NCBI GenBank assembly: GCA_031271465.1
Contig: JAISVR010000030.1
Span: 7,455 to 71,454, forward strand
Source: Prevotellaceae bacterium
GTDB taxonomy: Bacteria > Bacteroidota > Bacteroidia > Bacteroidales > Paludibacteraceae
Reading direction: 5' to 3'
Length of the DNA stretch: 64,000 bases
The stretch's first letter is position 1, and each line of letters begins with the position of its first letter. Below, piece after piece: positions 28,801 through 37,732 of the stretch. The notes below the pieces were generated by a model. It searched no databases and was not told the origin of the DNA. It saw only the letters and a list, made by a program, of their open reading frames with translations. Both the position numbers and the translations under genes were made by a program.

Positions 28801-31800
28801 GGTCGATTCCTTGAAAGACGCGATGTTGAATTCTGCTGAAAGATCTTGGGAAGATTATAACCTAACCTTCAACTACCAGGGTGTAAATATGTACTCGATG
28901 ATTAATAATGCTACATTCAGTACCAATGCCAACGAAAAGAATGTTACGGTTAGCGGTCTGGACTATCCGACTTCCGCAGCACCCGTACGAAGAAGCTGGA
29001 CGAAGCAAAATATTGGATTTAATATAAATACACCTCTGTTTTACAGCATTGGGTTGAATAGCCCTGCACCGGAGCAAAATCCTATGACCAATATTGTAGA
29101 GTGGTCCCTCACCATATCCAATAACAGCGTTTGGGCAAGTACCGATGGCGTTTTGCCTAATACCTGGCTTGCTTTTGAGTGCCCTACGGGTATAAAACCT
29201 TATAAACTTATAGCTCCGGGCGGTGCGGCAATAGCCGATATCAGTACTGCCGGTTTCCTCGAATACGACCAAGACGGTATTACATACTATTGGGTAAAAG
29301 TAGGCAATGTAAACGCCTCTACTCCGCAAACCTATCGTTTGCAGTGTACTTACACGGCTTGTGCCGGACAACCGGGCTTAACCATAAAATGTGGCGCAAG
29401 CAAATCCGATTATCCGCAAGACCCCTATATGAGTTTTGCACAGCAACCGTATAATTCGCCTCAAATGCCGATACGCGGCGTGGTTAGCACAGCAGTAAAA
29501 TTTAATCCGCCTGTTATCGCTTTCTCGGGCGACCTTGCCTACATTCCTCACAATATGCCGCAAGGAACCATCAACTATTGTGAAGCGGTTGACTTTGTGG
29601 GCAATGCGTATAACGGTACCGCCGCCGAGGTGTATAATGTAAAATACCGCATTGAGCTGCCCGACGGAATGAACTTCAACGCAGCGGTAACGCCTAAGGT
29701 AACTTACAACGGCGTTACTACCAATGCTTCCGCCGCTTATCAAGCAGGTCGCGAGGTATTTATCGAACTCGGCGCAGGCATTAAACTCAATGCCTACGAC
29801 GGTATAGACGGCGGCAGCGACGAAGCCCGAGTTACCTTCTCGCTTAAAACCTCTTGCGGATTTAGCAACCGAAGTATTATTTACGCCAATGTAACCGGCG
29901 AGAGCGGTTGCGGCGCTGTGGGCGAGAATGTGTTGCTTAGCAGCCAGCCCGTTATGATTGAAGGCGTGGCAGATGTGCCCGTTTACCAGATTACGCAGTT
30001 ACAGGTAAATCAAAGCGCGTACAGCTACTCGGCAACAAACAGCCGCAACCTGATAGTACAGGGACAATATACCCTGGCAGCTATCAGCGGAGCCACGGCA
30101 AGCAACATGGCAATGATAGACATTCCTGCCAATATGACTTTGGTAAACTCGACTATGACCAGCAGCAAAGGTACTACAAGCAGCTTTACGCAAAACGGTA
30201 CCTTGCTGGAAGCGCCGTTCAACAACTTTATCGCCGCCGGCGATGTGAACAACGGTGCCTTTGGCGATACCTATACCTATACTATCGAGTTGCGTCCCGA
30301 CAATCCCGCCCAGCTTTCGTGCGACGAAATAGCAGTGCGCGCCTATTCGGGTGTAACTACCGAAGTATGGTGTTCGGCAACAAGCAGCATGTGTACCCTT
30401 GTGAACCCTGCCGATGTTGACCAGACGGTAAGCACCACGATAGACCAGCTTGCCCTGGAGTTTGCCAATATCACTGCCACCGGTAGCTACGGCGGCTCCA
30501 ACACGGAGCATGTGGTTATCTCGGGCGAATTGCATAACACAGGCACCGTAGACGCCGGAAAAATGAACATCGATGTGTATTATTTCGATGGCGTACAGTA
30601 TGTACCCGTTGCCGATGCCAACCTGCGCAATATTCAAAGCAATATCATTTTGGCGGGCGGTACCACATCGTTCACTATGGAGGGTAACATCGTTTATCCC
30701 GAAAGCGTTTGCCAGCTCAAACTGGTGTTGAGCCGCGACAATGCCGCCAACGCTTCGGGCAATGCTTACCTCTGCTACGACTTTGAGGTAGAAGTACCAA
30801 CCCCTGCATACTCGGTTCAAAATCCGCTTATCGAAAACATTTGTCCGATGAGCGTAAACACGCCAATCGGCGAAGGCTCCCTGCCCCGTTATACCTACGA
30901 ATGGAGTCCTTCCGATTACCTGAACAATGCTGCCATAGCCAATCCGCTGTTTAGCTACGACTATGAAAACAACCCCAAACCGAATGGCGATGTGCTTGTC
31001 TACAACCTTACGGTTACCCGTCCGGGCTGTACGCCTGTGAGCAATCAGGTAACGGTACATGTAAAAGGCTTACCCTCGGTACAAGTAAGCGACCGTGTTG
31101 TTTGTCCGAACGCAAGCGTGAATATTCCGCTTAGCGACCCGACAAACACTACGCCCGGCACCCCAACAACTTATACCTGGAGCGTAGAAACCGATATGGG
31201 TACGGGCTTGCCTGTCGGTGGAACGGGCAATACCATATTTGCGGCAAGCGTTGCAAACAACACAACCGATACCATTACAACGGTTTATTTGGTAACCCCC
31301 ATGAAAGACGGTTGTACCGGAGTAACACAACGATTTACGGTAAAAATTGCGCCTAAGCCTACGCTTGCTGTCAAGGCGCTGACCCCTATCTGTCTGGGTG
31401 CAAGCATCGATTTGGCTACTGCAATCACAGCCTCTCCGGGTTTAACCGTGGCGTATTTCGACGACAACTACAACGAATTGCCTTCGAGCACGGTTATCCC
31501 AACCGCTACCGGTACCCAAACCTATTATGCACAGGCAACAGCCACGGCAGCGCCCTCGTGCACAGGCGATTTCTATAAGATCATAGTCAGAGTACAGGCG
31601 GCAACCACCATTAATGTACAACCTGTTGGCGCGGCAATCTGTTTGGGCAGCAGCTATACATTACATGTAACAGCCGGCGGCGAAGGCGTCCTGTCTTATG
31701 TTTGGAAACGCGGCGCCACCGTAGTAGGCGGCAACACCTCCAGCTATACCATTAGCAGCGCTACCGCAGCCGATTTCGGCGACTATACGGTAGAAGTAAC

Positions 31801-34800
31801 CGGAGCTTGCGGTACAGCAGTAATCAGCAGCAAAGCAACAATCAGCCAAAAAGCCGAAACAGCTATCAGCACCCAGCCCCTTGGCGGCGCCATCTGTGCC
31901 GGCAACGGCTTGCCGATGAGCGTAGTAGCCACCGGTGAATTGCCATTAACTTATCAGTGGAAGAAAAACGGCTTGAATATTACAGGCGCCATGTCTGCCT
32001 CTTATACCGCTTTCGAAGCCGGCACCTACAGCGTAGATGTAACGGGAACTTGCGGCGTAGCCCTGCCAAGCAGCAATGCCGTTGTAACGCTGAAAGCCGC
32101 TACCCAAATCAGCATGCAGCCGCAAGGCGGCGCAATATGCGCGGGAGCTAACCTGCCGTTGAGCGTTAGCGCTACCGGCGAAGGCACATTGACTTACGAA
32201 TGGTTATTCAACGGTATAGCCGCTCCGGGTGTCAACAACCTGTCAACCTACTCGGCAACTGCTGCAGGCGCCTACAGCGTGCGTGTAACAGGCGAGTGCG
32301 GTACACCCGTGTTGAGCGATATAGCAGTTGTAAGCCTTAAAGCTACTACTCAAATCATTGACCAACCCGTTGGCGGCGCCCTTTGTACCGGCAGCAACCT
32401 CCGCCTAAGCGTTGAAGCTACCGGCGAAGGAATCCTTTCCTATCAATGGAAACACGACGGCAACCCGATAACAGGCGCTAGCAATGCCAACTACAACATC
32501 AGCAACGCCCAACTTGCCGACGCAGGCAACTATACGGTTGATGTAAGCGATGCTTGTGGTATAACCGTAAGCAGCTCGGTAGCAGTAGTTACCATTAAAG
32601 CGGCAACCGCTATCAGCACCCAACCCGTTGGCGGTGCGATATGTTCCGGCGACGGCTTACCGATAAGCGTAGTAGCTACGGGCGAAGCTCCATTGACCTA
32701 TCAATGGAAGAAAAACGGCTTGAATATCACGGGCGCCATGTCTGCCACCTACACCGCTTTCGAAGCCGGTACCTACAGCGTAGATGTAACAGGCGCTTGC
32801 GGCACAGCCGTACCGAGCGACAATGCTGTGGTAACGCTGAATGCGGAAACAAAAATCAATACCCAGCCACAAGGCGGTGCCATCTGCGCCGGCGATAACC
32901 TGACATTGAATGTTGACGCCGGTGGTCAAGGTACCTTAACTTACGAATGGCGTTTGAACGGCGCGGCAGCTCCGGGCGTAAACAATACGGCAAGCTATAC
33001 CGCCACCGCAGCAGGCAGCTACACGGTAGTAGTAACCGGCGCTTGCGGCGCATCAGTAACCAGTGCTCCGGCGGTGGTTACGCTTAAGGCGGCAACCGTT
33101 ATTAATATCCAGCCTGTTGGCGGCGCGATATGTGCCGGCAGCGGTTTACCGATGAGCGTAGTAGCCACCGGCGAAGGAACATTAAATTACCAATGGAAAT
33201 TAGACGGAGCCAATGTTGGCGGCAACAGCGCAAGCTATACCGCTTTGGCAGCAGGCAGCTACACCGTAGAAGTAACGGGCGTTTGCGGCGCAGCCGTGCC
33301 GAGCAATGCAGCAGTAGTTACGCTTAAAGCGGCAACAGCCATTACTACCCAGCCGGCAGCAAGCTCAAGCATTTGTTTGGGCGAAGGCGCAGCGCTAAGC
33401 GTAGTAGCTACGGGCGAAGCTCCATTGACCTATCAGTGGAAGAAAAACGGCTTGAATATCACAGGCGCCATGTCTGCCACTTATACCGCTTTCGAAGCCG
33501 GCACTTACAGCGTAGATGTAACAGGCGCTTGCGGCACAGCCGTACCGAGCGACAATGCTGTGGTAACGCTGAAAGCGGAAACAAAAATCAGCATGCAGCC
33601 ACAGGGCGGAGCAATCTGCGCGGGCACTAACCTGCCGATGAGCGTTAGCGCTACCGGCGAAGGCACATTGACCTACGAATGGCTGTTCAACGGCATAGCC
33701 GCTCCGGGTATCAACAACCTGCCTACTTACACGGCAAGCGTTGCGGGCAACTACAGCGTGCGTGTAACAGGCGAATGCGGCAGTCCCGTGTTGAGCGAAA
33801 CGGCAGTGCTTACAATTAAAGCAGCTACTCAAATTATTGAGCAGCCTGTTGGCGCAGCCCTTTGCCCGGGCAGCAACCTTCGCTTAAGCGTTGAAGCTAC
33901 CGGCGAAGGAATCCTGTCCTATCAATGGAAACACGACGGTAACCCGATAACAGGCGCCGCCAATGCCAACTACAGCATCAACAACGCCCAATTTGCCGAT
34001 GCCGGCAACTATACGGTTGATGTAAGCGATGCTTGCGGCACAACAGTAAGCAGTACCGTAGCAGCAGTTACGGTCGACGAACTTGAACTTACACTGAGCA
34101 CGACCCGGGCAGCTATATGTCTTGGCGGTTCCTACGATTTGAGTTCGGCAGTGGGTAGCACTACCGGCGGTACCCGCTTAAGCTATATCGTTAACGGTGT
34201 GGAAACAAACAGTCCGTTTGTTCAACCAGCCGAAGCCGGCACTTATGCCTACGATGTGGTGTTGCACTCTGCTCACTGTGCAAGTCTGCCTCAAACCTTC
34301 ACGCTCATCGTTGAAGACCTTCCCAGCGCTTTGCTCCTGGGTGGCGATGTATGCGTAGGTGGAAATGTACAGTTCAATGCGCATACAACACCTGCCAACG
34401 GCAGCGGCGCGTGGTACAGTACCAATTCTTCCGTCGCCACGGTTAATATCGCTACCGGCGAAGTAAGCGGAGTATCCGCAGGCGTGTTTGAACTTGTCTA
34501 CCGTCATACAAGCGATGCCGGCTGTATGTCCGAAACCAAAAGTTCTACCTTCAATGTATATCCGTTGCCTACCGTTAGCGTTAAAGATATGACGGTTTGT
34601 TCGGGTAGCGTTGTTCATATGGCAGACTTGGTATCGAATATTCACAACGGCGATAAATACGAGATTTACGATGCAGCCGTCGGCGGCAACCTGCTTGGCG
34701 CAAGCATCACGGTAAGCACTACCACTACTTACTATGTAGAAGGTATTATGACGGGCGTAAACTGCTTCAGTGCAGCACGCGTGCCTGTTACGGTTACGGT

Positions 34801-37618
34801 AGTCGATATGCCGGTCTTTACACTGGACGCAAGCGAAGTAGGTGTTTGTAACGGTACAAACGCCGGACACATCGATTTGGCGAGCTTAATCACAGCCGGA
34901 AGCGTAAACATCTCTAACTACACCGTAGAAGTATACGGAGAAGACGGCAAGCTTGTTACAGGCACCGTTGTTACGCCAAGCAACAACACCGAGATTTACA
35001 ACATTCGTATCGTATCCAACGATGTGAGCAGTTGTACAAGTGACTTCCAAAGCGTTCGGGTAAATCGTGGTTCCGTACAGTATGTAAGCTTGAACGACAG
35101 CGAAGGCGCTTACGAATTCTGTGCCGGCGAAATCGTAACCCTTAGTCCAAGCATTACGCCTGTAAACAGCATCAATGTACTTTGGACAAGCAGCAACCCT
35201 GCCGTGGCATCGGTTGATAATACCGGTAAGGTAACAGCCATTTCGAGCGGACAAGCTATTATCAGCTACAGCCATACCGAAAGCGAAGGTTGCCACAGCG
35301 AAGGTTCGCGCGCCATTATTGTCAACTCCTTGCCGCAACTGACTAATGTTAGCCACTTTGCCGCTTGCGAGGGCGAAACAGTAATGTTCAGTGAATTGGC
35401 AAGCAGCAATGCGGGCAACAAGCTGAACTTCTACCTCAACGGCAACGCCACGGCAGAAACTGCCGACCGTGTAGTGATGGGCACAAGCAACCTTGTTTAC
35501 ACTATCGAAGCGGAAGATATGCATACCGGTTGCGTGAGTGCAGCTCACACCGTTACCGTAACGGCAAATGCCAAACCAACATTCACCTTGCCGGCTACCG
35601 CCTCGATTTGCAAGGGTGAGAACCTCGATTTGGCAAGCCTTGCAACAGGCGTTAGCGCTATCGACCACAACCTGATCGTAGAAGATGTAGCGGGCAATAC
35701 ATTACAGGGAAGCATTGTTACACCGGTGGTTTCAACAAGCTATCGCGTGCGTGCTATCGATAATACAACGGGCTGCATAAGCCTTCAACAGTTGATAACT
35801 GTTACGGTGAAAGAAAAACCTGTGTTGGCAGTAGAAGACCTGACGGCTTGTGCCGGTACAACGGTCGATTTGAACACTGCCGTAGCAGCAGGTGCAAGCG
35901 CACTGAAATTCTACCGCGATGCTCAAGCTATGACTTTGGTTAGCAATCCGTCAGCCGTTGTTGCTGTCGCCGGAACTACAACCTACTATGTGCAAGGCGA
36001 AGAAAACGGTTGTTTGAGTGAAATCCACCCGATAGCCGTACTCGGCGAGGCAATGCCTGTGTTTGAGATTACCGAAGGTAAATTTACCGTTTGCGAAGGC
36101 GAACAGATGGTAGAATATCTGGCTCCGGCAAACTTCTCCAACTATACCTGGACAGTTGTGGGCGGCACGATTGCCAACCAAACGGGCAACAAAGTGTTTG
36201 TCGATTGGGCTGCGGCAGGTTACGGCAGTATCGCTGTTAGCTACGAAACTGCTTCGGGCTGTGGTGTCGGATTACCGCCGGTAAGCCACGCGGTGCTTAT
36301 TCAGGCAAGCCCTGATGCTTCGTTTGCTATCCACGACAATACAGGCGCTACCGTAGCGGCGGTGTGTGCAGGCAGCGAGTTAATGCTCTCGCCGCTTACC
36401 ACCGGCGGTACATGGACTGTAACGCCAAGTGCCCTGGCAAGCGTCAGCGGTAATACACTGACGGCGTTGAGCACCATCACTTCCGTGCAAACCATTGATG
36501 TAAGTTACACGCTGACAAACAGCAACGGTTGTTCTTCAACGCTTACACAGCAGCTTAGCATCAATCCGCTACCTGTTAGCGCACTTGCAAACCTTACAAC
36601 CGATGTTGCTACCGTTTGCCCGGGCGGCTCTGTTGAACTCACGGCTACTTATACAGGCGTTGCTCCTTGGAGTATCGTTTATACCGACGGTACGCTTACC
36701 GGCACACTCACCGATGCGCTTAGCTCGGTAACAATTCCGGTAAACGCAACAAGTATCTACTCGGTACTGAGCATTACCGACGGTAACGGCTGTGCCAACA
36801 CTGCGATAAGCGGCGCAAACACGCAGGCTATGGTAACGCTCGAAGCTCCGGTAGTTATCACCGAGCAACCTCAAAGTGTGGCTATGTGTAAGCAAGACGA
36901 CGAAAGTGTAACACTGTCCGTGTCGGCAGTAAATGCTGTCGCTTATCAGTGGTACAACGCCGAAGGCAAGATAACGGGCGAAACGGCAGAAACGCTGGAC
37001 TTGACTCCGGCGACAGCCAACAGCGCATACTACTATGTAGAAGTTATCGGCAAGTGCGAAACCTTGACTTCCAAGCGGGTAAGCATACAACTTCAATTGC
37101 CGGTTATTGAGCAGAAACGCAACCACACGCTGTGGGTAAACAATAACCCGGACAACAACGGCGGTTACAGCTTTACTCACTATACTTGGTTGAAAGACGG
37201 TGTGCAGTTGCAACAGGGAAGCCATGACAATAACATGGGCGTTCATTACATCGACGGCAGCGATTTGGTTGTAGATGCGATGTATCAAGTGATGCTCACT
37301 ACGACCGATGGACGAAAATTCATGAGCTGTCCGTACAGCTACATTCCGCAGAACTCAGGTGCAAGCCTAAGAGCGTATCCGAATCCGCTTGTTAGGAGCG
37401 CAGCTAAACAAGTATCTGTAGATGTAGAAATTGACGACACTACCGTGTTGAACGATGCTACGATTCTGATTTACAGCTCCGACGGTAAATATATCGGTAA
37501 AGTTCGCTGCGAAGGACGCCGCATTACTCCGGTAGAGATGCCTTCCGTATCGGGAGTATACATCCTCAAATTCGTTTCTTCGGAAATTGAAAAGGAAATT
37601 AAAATTATTGTAGAATAA
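25877..37618 (+). CDS. giant (3913 aa) T9SS-sorted cell-surface adhesin-like protein
   Basis: A single uninterrupted 11.7-kb ORF with an N-terminal signal peptide (LLLLASIFMTLAGQNAMAQ). About 1600 aa have no motif I recognise. Then come PKD/Ig-like Cys-containing modules, ten Y-x-W Ig-like repeats and Big_2-like segments. The C-terminus is a Por_Secre_tail-type CTD (LRAYPNPL...GVYILKF...IKIIVE). Confidence 0.9.
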   Translation: MNKNQPKQKPRNRFRWLLLLASIFMTLAGQNAMAQNDLSETVVPEAVVRMGDNLSFTVDVASSAGLTNAQLEVAAPAGFEFVAGQPGLIAGSLSGDRRTARFTVNVPQGNKRPVAFQVKALCESVEKTKMTYTLYAADGTTVLVAAKSGNEIANFINPILLTTYPAPVDVTLGVAATRIITMEQTAALSHANNIQINAVCTDKTGIAVTKLEVSSTGTGGWIDITATGLDASKADRYVYTLTRANTFTPLSYAGSQLREGSKIYIRETLVLSKCTAGTINYAVAFGDGTTFCAPLPASAGNAVLNVADQAFNPVMSVAVTKNPTSPTDWGKHTYTVSNSSATATLNDIYTTWNTTARRIYEKAFFSDASGEPVLLAGDTVFVTTTAASNTGTTTFGTGTATDLTLRDYYRARGFIATAGDSVYNDLPAGKTIYITQLWNLNFSSLAANCPMQINGGFAHVFEFYYYNQCGTRLMRPNIYGSGSTNSYVDGYEGLTLSSLEVQPSMLNVGESAKVYFMTRLGHGFPAANVAAGTSSHFIKITLPAGLDFDPAAAFPVRILSASKGALTNGNVDMASGRIQVIDNQHIIVQNIANTNALNHCVEVAVKPNGTVSTVQPQIAVEQALDWGNTGTQYRFGCSTGNINFVVKTPCSEIEAIDFSIDRTSMGWTNISKTAHISKADGANTKVIYANDNVSITSKMKINYASPLTITAADKLMTVTSYTGTQYLIKNPDRVSAGTLIYYDVSAGNVHTIPVAATDITYRNSAGIQFMEMDMAPLLLNEGITALRGNDSIRLELFMRTQQNLPVLNREGLRDVQFEVYRESGADTYQCYSLLDQVTFVQSPMNSLRARNADSSYDWRENAVINQNNFWWGGSKNTNGGNLLTAGEYRPNLDSISRLYMEINSLVKINTISTTLSGRVMGNELNRTLTGVTLQLGKAPEDYSAQEIADETGLTQADFNKLGYHIWYKDGRTFLRVDSLKDAMLNSAERSWEDYNLTFNYQGVNMYSMINNATFSTNANEKNVTVSGLDYPTSAAPVRRSWTKQNIGFNINTPLFYSIGLNSPAPEQNPMTNIVEWSLTISNNSVWASTDGVLPNTWLAFECPTGIKPYKLIAPGGAAIADISTAGFLEYDQDGITYYWVKVGNVNASTPQTYRLQCTYTACAGQPGLTIKCGASKSDYPQDPYMSFAQQPYNSPQMPIRGVVSTAVKFNPPVIAFSGDLAYIPHNMPQGTINYCEAVDFVGNAYNGTAAEVYNVKYRIELPDGMNFNAAVTPKVTYNGVTTNASAAYQAGREVFIELGAGIKLNAYDGIDGGSDEARVTFSLKTSCGFSNRSIIYANVTGESGCGAVGENVLLSSQPVMIEGVADVPVYQITQLQVNQSAYSYSATNSRNLIVQGQYTLAAISGATASNMAMIDIPANMTLVNSTMTSSKGTTSSFTQNGTLLEAPFNNFIAAGDVNNGAFGDTYTYTIELRPDNPAQLSCDEIAVRAYSGVTTEVWCSATSSMCTLVNPADVDQTVSTTIDQLALEFANITATGSYGGSNTEHVVISGELHNTGTVDAGKMNIDVYYFDGVQYVPVADANLRNIQSNIILAGGTTSFTMEGNIVYPESVCQLKLVLSRDNAANASGNAYLCYDFEVEVPTPAYSVQNPLIENICPMSVNTPIGEGSLPRYTYEWSPSDYLNNAAIANPLFSYDYENNPKPNGDVLVYNLTVTRPGCTPVSNQVTVHVKGLPSVQVSDRVVCPNASVNIPLSDPTNTTPGTPTTYTWSVETDMGTGLPVGGTGNTIFAASVANNTTDTITTVYLVTPMKDGCTGVTQRFTVKIAPKPTLAVKALTPICLGASIDLATAITASPGLTVAYFDDNYNELPSSTVIPTATGTQTYYAQATATAAPSCTGDFYKIIVRVQAATTINVQPVGAAICLGSSYTLHVTAGGEGVLSYVWKRGATVVGGNTSSYTISSATAADFGDYTVEVTGACGTAVISSKATISQKAETAISTQPLGGAICAGNGLPMSVVATGELPLTYQWKKNGLNITGAMSASYTAFEAGTYSVDVTGTCGVALPSSNAVVTLKAATQISMQPQGGAICAGANLPLSVSATGEGTLTYEWLFNGIAAPGVNNLSTYSATAAGAYSVRVTGECGTPVLSDIAVVSLKATTQIIDQPVGGALCTGSNLRLSVEATGEGILSYQWKHDGNPITGASNANYNISNAQLADAGNYTVDVSDACGITVSSSVAVVTIKAATAISTQPVGGAICSGDGLPISVVATGEAPLTYQWKKNGLNITGAMSATYTAFEAGTYSVDVTGACGTAVPSDNAVVTLNAETKINTQPQGGAICAGDNLTLNVDAGGQGTLTYEWRLNGAAAPGVNNTASYTATAAGSYTVVVTGACGASVTSAPAVVTLKAATVINIQPVGGAICAGSGLPMSVVATGEGTLNYQWKLDGANVGGNSASYTALAAGSYTVEVTGVCGAAVPSNAAVVTLKAATAITTQPAASSSICLGEGAALSVVATGEAPLTYQWKKNGLNITGAMSATYTAFEAGTYSVDVTGACGTAVPSDNAVVTLKAETKISMQPQGGAICAGTNLPMSVSATGEGTLTYEWLFNGIAAPGINNLPTYTASVAGNYSVRVTGECGSPVLSETAVLTIKAATQIIEQPVGAALCPGSNLRLSVEATGEGILSYQWKHDGNPITGAANANYSINNAQFADAGNYTVDVSDACGTTVSSTVAAVTVDELELTLSTTRAAICLGGSYDLSSAVGSTTGGTRLSYIVNGVETNSPFVQPAEAGTYAYDVVLHSAHCASLPQTFTLIVEDLPSALLLGGDVCVGGNVQFNAHTTPANGSGAWYSTNSSVATVNIATGEVSGVSAGVFELVYRHTSDAGCMSETKSSTFNVYPLPTVSVKDMTVCSGSVVHMADLVSNIHNGDKYEIYDAAVGGNLLGASITVSTTTTYYVEGIMTGVNCFSAARVPVTVTVVDMPVFTLDASEVGVCNGTNAGHIDLASLITAGSVNISNYTVEVYGEDGKLVTGTVVTPSNNTEIYNIRIVSNDVSSCTSDFQSVRVNRGSVQYVSLNDSEGAYEFCAGEIVTLSPSITPVNSINVLWTSSNPAVASVDNTGKVTAISSGQAIISYSHTESEGCHSEGSRAIIVNSLPQLTNVSHFAACEGETVMFSELASSNAGNKLNFYLNGNATAETADRVVMGTSNLVYTIEAEDMHTGCVSAAHTVTVTANAKPTFTLPATASICKGENLDLASLATGVSAIDHNLIVEDVAGNTLQGSIVTPVVSTSYRVRAIDNTTGCISLQQLITVTVKEKPVLAVEDLTACAGTTVDLNTAVAAGASALKFYRDAQAMTLVSNPSAVVAVAGTTTYYVQGEENGCLSEIHPIAVLGEAMPVFEITEGKFTVCEGEQMVEYLAPANFSNYTWTVVGGTIANQTGNKVFVDWAAAGYGSIAVSYETASGCGVGLPPVSHAVLIQASPDASFAIHDNTGATVAAVCAGSELMLSPLTTGGTWTVTPSALASVSGNTLTALSTITSVQTIDVSYTLTNSNGCSSTLTQQLSINPLPVSALANLTTDVATVCPGGSVELTATYTGVAPWSIVYTDGTLTGTLTDALSSVTIPVNATSIYSVLSITDGNGCANTAISGANTQAMVTLEAPVVITEQPQSVAMCKQDDESVTLSVSAVNAVAYQWYNAEGKITGETAETLDLTPATANSAYYYVEVIGKCETLTSKRVSIQLQLPVIEQKRNHTLWVNNNPDNNGGYSFTHYTWLKDGVQLQQGSHDNNMGVHYIDGSDLVVDAMYQVMLTTTDGRKFMSCPYSYIPQNSGASLRAYPNPLVRSAAKQVSVDVEIDDTTVLNDATILIYSSDGKYIGKVRCEGRRITPVEMPSVSGVYILKFVSSEIEKEIKIIVE
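31598..34077 (+). repeat. ten tandem ~81-83-aa Ig-like coding repeats arranged in triplet blocks
   Basis: Unit consensus is QP.GG.IC.G..L.LSV.ATGEG.LTY.W..NG...G....SYTA..AG.Y.V.VTG.CG..V.S..AVVTLKA. Blocks A-B-C (~31860-32595) and A''-B''-C'' (~33325-34070) are visibly about 90% identical at nucleotide level. A' and A'' sit 732 nt apart. Confidence 0.9.
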
Positions 37619-37667
37619 ACCTTTAATTAGAAGATAAAAGTCTTATTTGAATTTAACCATTCCTGAG

Positions 37668-37706
37668 TTTCTCTCGTGTTTGCCGGCTGGAGCAGCACGA
37701 GAGAAA
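37668..37706 (+). other. intergenic stem-loop between the giant gene and the OmpA-family gene
   Basis: Perfect 11-bp stem tttctctcgtg/cacgagagaaa with a 17-nt loop. No U-run follows. Confidence 0.6.
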
Positions 37707-37732
37707 TAAAGGAATTAAAAAGAAAACATTTT

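Noticed and set aside
29999-31060. A 353-aa antisense ORF, and other long minus-strand ORFs (34178-34870, 34886-35668, 36569-37288, 33395-33832), inside the giant gene
   Set aside because: They lie entirely antisense to a continuous 3913-aa ORF with clear domain structure. They have Arg/Cys/Val/His-rich, composition-driven sequences and no start-site signals. Such shadow ORFs are typical of relatively GC-rich coding DNA.
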